DNA of 64,000 nt from Laetmonice hystrix (Eukaryota), in NCBI GenBank assembly GCA_965235115.1, contig OZ249439.1, positions 19,778,001 through 19,842,000 on the forward strand, given 5' to 3'. The position numbers and the translations under genes were made by a program. The notes under the pieces were generated by a model, which did not search any database, had not been told where the DNA came from, and was given only the letters and a program-made list of their open reading frames with translations. Positions 60,521 to 64,000 of this stretch are shown one piece after another (position 1 is the stretch's first letter; the number at the start of each line of letters is the position of its first letter).

Positions 60521-61933
60521 CAGGGATGAAAGTTTTCAGGAAATTTCCTGAAATCAGGAAATTTGAAAAAATCCCCCCCCCCCCAAGAAATAACACCCAA
60601 AAAAAAGAAATAGGCCTAGATCTATAGGCAAAAGAGGTAGGCCTAAGCCAAGGCTAAGTATTGCCCTGGACTGTGTGGTGGACAATTTTATTTGTTAATA
60701 TCAAATGAAACAATATCCCCTTCCAGGACGTTTTTTAACACCATGCAGCTCAATATATCTCTACCTGCCAAAGTTCGTTTATAGATGGGGATATTAGAGT
60801 GTCTCAAACCCGTCCAGTGTCACGGGTGCCGCCGTGCATAGGCCGGTCTGCCGGGGGTACTGGTGTACCGCCCGCGGTCCCTGTAGCTGTGGTCACATCG
60901 CTCACATAGACCGGCCCGCGTGGGCTGACTTCTACCGGCACACGGTGGCGTCTGTCCCGTCTGGCAGGCACGGCCCCGTGTCGCTGTGGTGAGAGCGACT
61001 CACCTCAGGTAATGACTTCAGGCAAAACTGATGGTCAGGCAGCTGCGAAGCCCGTTGATTCAGGCTTGCCATTATGCCATATCCATGCGCGAGTTTTGCC
61101 TGAGCGCTCACTTAGTGATAGCAACGAGACTATAGACAGACCGGTCTGTCTAGTCCCGGTGATAGTGATTAGGCTGACGAACTACGCACCATCACAATGT
61201 CACTCCTCACAGGAAACTGGGTCAATTTAGTTCTATGAATCTGCCTAGTATATATGTCAGTAAGTTCTCATAATGTTTTCTTGCATATAAATTTGAGGAT
61301 AATGGCATTACGTAAGTAGTTTTCACTGTAGTTTTGGGGTTGTCAGGACTTTTCATTACATTTGTCGATCAGTGCAGGTGTCCTGATAAGACCGGAAGTG
61401 ACAATATTTACAACATGAGTGGCACATGGACACACGGGCTGAACCACTCGACTCGACGACTGTGTTGCTTGGCTGAGAGCCGCTGAGGGTCGTGACTGCT
61501 GAGGGTCAAGACTGATGGACAGCCTGTGTGGTCAGTCTAACACATGGAAGCTGTTTGACAACGTAATCGGGTGCATTTTGGATGCTAAAAGCCGACTGGA
61601 TTCCAATGTTGGAGAGAGACGGCAGAGCCAGGCAGAGGTTGACAGTGAGTGACAGGCAAGCAACAGCCTTGAACAGGGGCATGGACTGATGAGTGATGGA
61701 GTCTAGCCAGCAAATTTGCAGGGGTGGGGGGTTGAGGGGGGTTGGGTTGGGGGGGGGGGTGGCAACTAAATACTGAGGGCTAGGCCCTATAATATATAAT
61801 AGCTAGGAGGCCTTATCGGATCATGATTGTCTGCTGTTCCTAGCCTGACTTTTTTTTAAGGGGGGGGGGAAGGGGGGTAAGCCTTGGATGTGCGCATAAA
61901 CAAATATTAATTATGGACATTGGCCCCCGCCGC

Positions 61934-61969
<36 letters not shown>

Positions 61970-62011
61970 CAGAATTTCAGGAAATTTTACAGCTGGCCAC
62001 TTTCATCCCTG
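60521..62011 (+). mobile_element. Internally deleted hAT-like element (~1.5 kb)
   Basis: 12-bp TIR CAGGGATGAAAG / CTTTCATCCCTG; subterminal TTTCAGGAAATTT repeats at both ends; a degenerate C-terminal transposase-like peptide (RLDDC..., LFDNVIGCILDAKSR) near 61450-61620; no matching 8-bp TSD. Confidence 0.6.
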
Positions 62012-62039
62012 ATTTAGACTATTTGTTATGAAAATTAAT

Positions 62040-62238
62040 AACTCGATAAACTTCGCCATGGTGAATAGCTCCTAAATGCACTATAATATTTCATAACAAA
62101 TAGCACTACGGCACCCAGCTACAGATTAGCATTTCGTCGTCCTATCTAACGTCATACTAATGTGTAGTCATACGGGACCGAGGCGATAGTGCTGCCGCCA
62201 CGCGGAAAAGACGGGAACTCCATTATTTCGAGTCCCCC
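62040..62238 (-). mobile_element. Fragment related to the GGGGTAC MITE family
   Basis: Shares TTTTCCGC.TGGCGGCAGCAC and TAGGACGACGAAATGCTAAT cores; terminus AT|GGGGGACTCG. Inverted partner fragments lie at about 59855-59900 and 60390-60508. Confidence 0.6.
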
Positions 62239-62378
62239 ATTTTACAGACAGCCTACAAGTACAAATTTACTGTCAGCACTACACTCCAATAAATGACTTC
62301 TATGCTTTCTAGAACACGTACATTGTCTCTTTCTGATGTAGGTATGGTCCATTAGATTGTCTGTGCAAAAAGGCAAGC

Positions 62379-63953
62379 ATGGCATCTAGTAGGCGCCAGG
62401 AAGATGATGTTGCCCAGGAATGCCAGCAGAGGGCAGAACAGGCTCTCCTTCAAGGTGAGAATCCATGGATATGGCAATATGATATTCTATCTATAAAACT
62501 AATGGCTGCCAAGTGTGACTTAATTTGGGCATACATGATTGAATTAATTAAAGATGTGGCATACATAACCTGTGGGCAAATCGATTATAAATTAATGTTT
62601 ATGTCTTGAAAGCCTTTCTGATCAGACCTGTTAAAATCCAAAATACCAGTATCTTGGATTTGTTTTTCTTTTTCAGCAAACTATGGCAGAGCCTTTGCAC
62701 ATTATTTGCTGGTTGTTCGAATGGCTCCAACTTTAAGGTCAGAGGTGAAAGACAACATGATTTTGGCCCTGCGAGAGTGGGCGGAGCAATTGGAGGCAGC
62801 TGGACGTGGTCATGATGTGCTCGCCTGCTATCAGCAGGCTTGTGATGTATTCCCAGATTGTGAAACCATGCTGAGCAACATGGGAGCCCATCTGTTCAGG
62901 TGACTTATGACAAACTATTTCAATTTTCAGCCGGTCTTAAGTCTCATAAGCAGTTAATGCTTTCTCATAAGCTTTTGAAATACCCAGGCAAGTGCATAAA
63001 AGCTCGCCTAGATTTCTTAGGTGTGCTTTTTTCATGTATGAAGGCTGAAGACTGAAGTAGACCTAACTGGAAACTTTCAAAGTTACTGCCACACTTGTAC
63101 TTGTACAGTTGTAGTTTTGGATTAGGATTGGGTTTTACATCCAGGGGTGCGAGGCCTGATGGTGTAATGGCTCGTCATCACAGGGCCTCTCACCTCTGGG
63201 TTTGAATCCTCTGAGGCCTCCGTACAGTTGTAGTAAAGTGAAGGATGACTTCCCCCATCCCGACCCAGGTCCCGTTAATTAATACAGAAAATTCAAGAGG
63301 TGAATTTAGTAAATGTGATGACAATCCTTTGAAGTGACTGCCCCAGTACACAGTTGGTCACCAGGCAGTCACTGAGTCGGCCAGGTGTCCACCCATCCAC
63401 TGGTCTCCCCCCTTCCCACCTGTTATGTAATTACTAATGCTCAGTGAAGTTGGTTCACTTTACTGGCCTGGGAGTTTGTCCACGATTTCCACGTGCAAAT
63501 GTTTAGTACTGAGGTGCACGATTTTCAGATGTTAGATGCACGATAAAAGATACTCACTACGTAAGGAAGTATGTGAAACATTAGGTTTTCCTAATAATTA
63601 GAAATAATTTTAAAGATAAATTGATTTTAATCTCAGTATCAGTTTAGTGTGTGAAATATATTAAGGTAAGAACACTGATAAATTTATATCTATGTGTTTG
63701 CCTTACAATGTTTCAGATTAGGATATATTGATGAAGCTGCATGTTGCTTTCGCCGATCTCTTCGCATAAACCCAGACTTCCTTGGAGCCAGAGAGAATCT
63801 GGATAATGTTTGTGGTCACTTGGTGGAGAGATGGCACTTCAGAATGTTGAATGACATGACACGTAACACAAAATACCGGGATGCCATCCATACTGCCGTT
63901 GAAAACGGACACCAAAGAGTGTTAGATATTGGTACTGGGACAGCCCTTTTAAG
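62379..63953 (+). CDS. PRMT9: Protein arginine N-methyltransferase 9 (TPR + SAM-dependent methyltransferase), first three coding exons
   Basis: Exons 62379-62454 (MASSRRQEDDVAQECQQRAEQALLQ), 62677-62899 (NYGRAFAHYLLV...MLSNMGAHLF), 63717-63953 (LGYIDEAACCFRRSLRINPDFLGARENL...LVERWHFRMLNDMTRNTKY...VLDIGTGTALL). N-terminal TPRs plus LVERWHF.MLND..RN..Y and VLDIG motifs identify PRMT9. The gene continues past the window end. Confidence 0.93.
63144..63215 (+). mobile_element. tRNA-derived SINE head in PRMT9 intron 2
   Basis: A-box TGGTGTAATGG (63160-63170) and B-box GGTTTGAATCC (63199-63209); the body may extend to about 63480. Confidence 0.55.
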
Positions 63954-64000
63954 GTAAAAATTCCTTGTAAAGAAAGGAACTGTATAGCTGGTTCAATATA

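Noticed and set aside
63144-63215. Possible functional tRNA gene
   Set aside because: A and B boxes are present but no acceptor stem or cloverleaf could be formed; better explained as a SINE head.

Overview
Eukaryotic, intron-rich animal genomic DNA. The gene content, vertebrate-like proteins and MITE types suggest an invertebrate deuterostome, most likely amphioxus (Branchiostoma); this assignment is an inference. Five spliced protein-coding genes were reconstructed by hand from GT-AG exons: (1) the 3' part of a GLYR1/NPAC-like beta-hydroxyacid dehydrogenase (+, 3013-7350; 5' exons lie outside the window or were not found); (2) a Jupiter/JPT(HN1)-family gene (-, 13838-31947) with two alternative first exons and several micro/cassette exons; (3) CRAMP1 (+, 33871-43486), head-to-head with JPT; (4) TDRD3 (-, 49695-57093); (5) the 5' part of PRMT9 (+, 62379 to beyond the window end), head-to-head with TDRD3. 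Introns and intergenic DNA carry many non-autonomous DNA transposons (AT-flanked GGGGTAC family, PIF/Harbinger-like, hAT-like), tRNA-derived SINE heads, a 76/77-bp minisatellite and long G/C runs. The strongest unusual signal is a tandemly duplicated pair of 125-nt exons in the GLYR1-like gene. Frame arithmetic makes them mutually exclusive: one keeps the conserved F..QKD dehydrogenase motif and the other erases it, while the catalytic Lys is retained upstream. This suggests a possible splice-controlled enzyme/pseudoenzyme switch. A probable U12-type (minor spliceosome) intron in CRAMP1 is the second. Most ORFs in the supplied track are antisense or intronic noise. No CRISPR array, rRNA or intact tRNA was seen.
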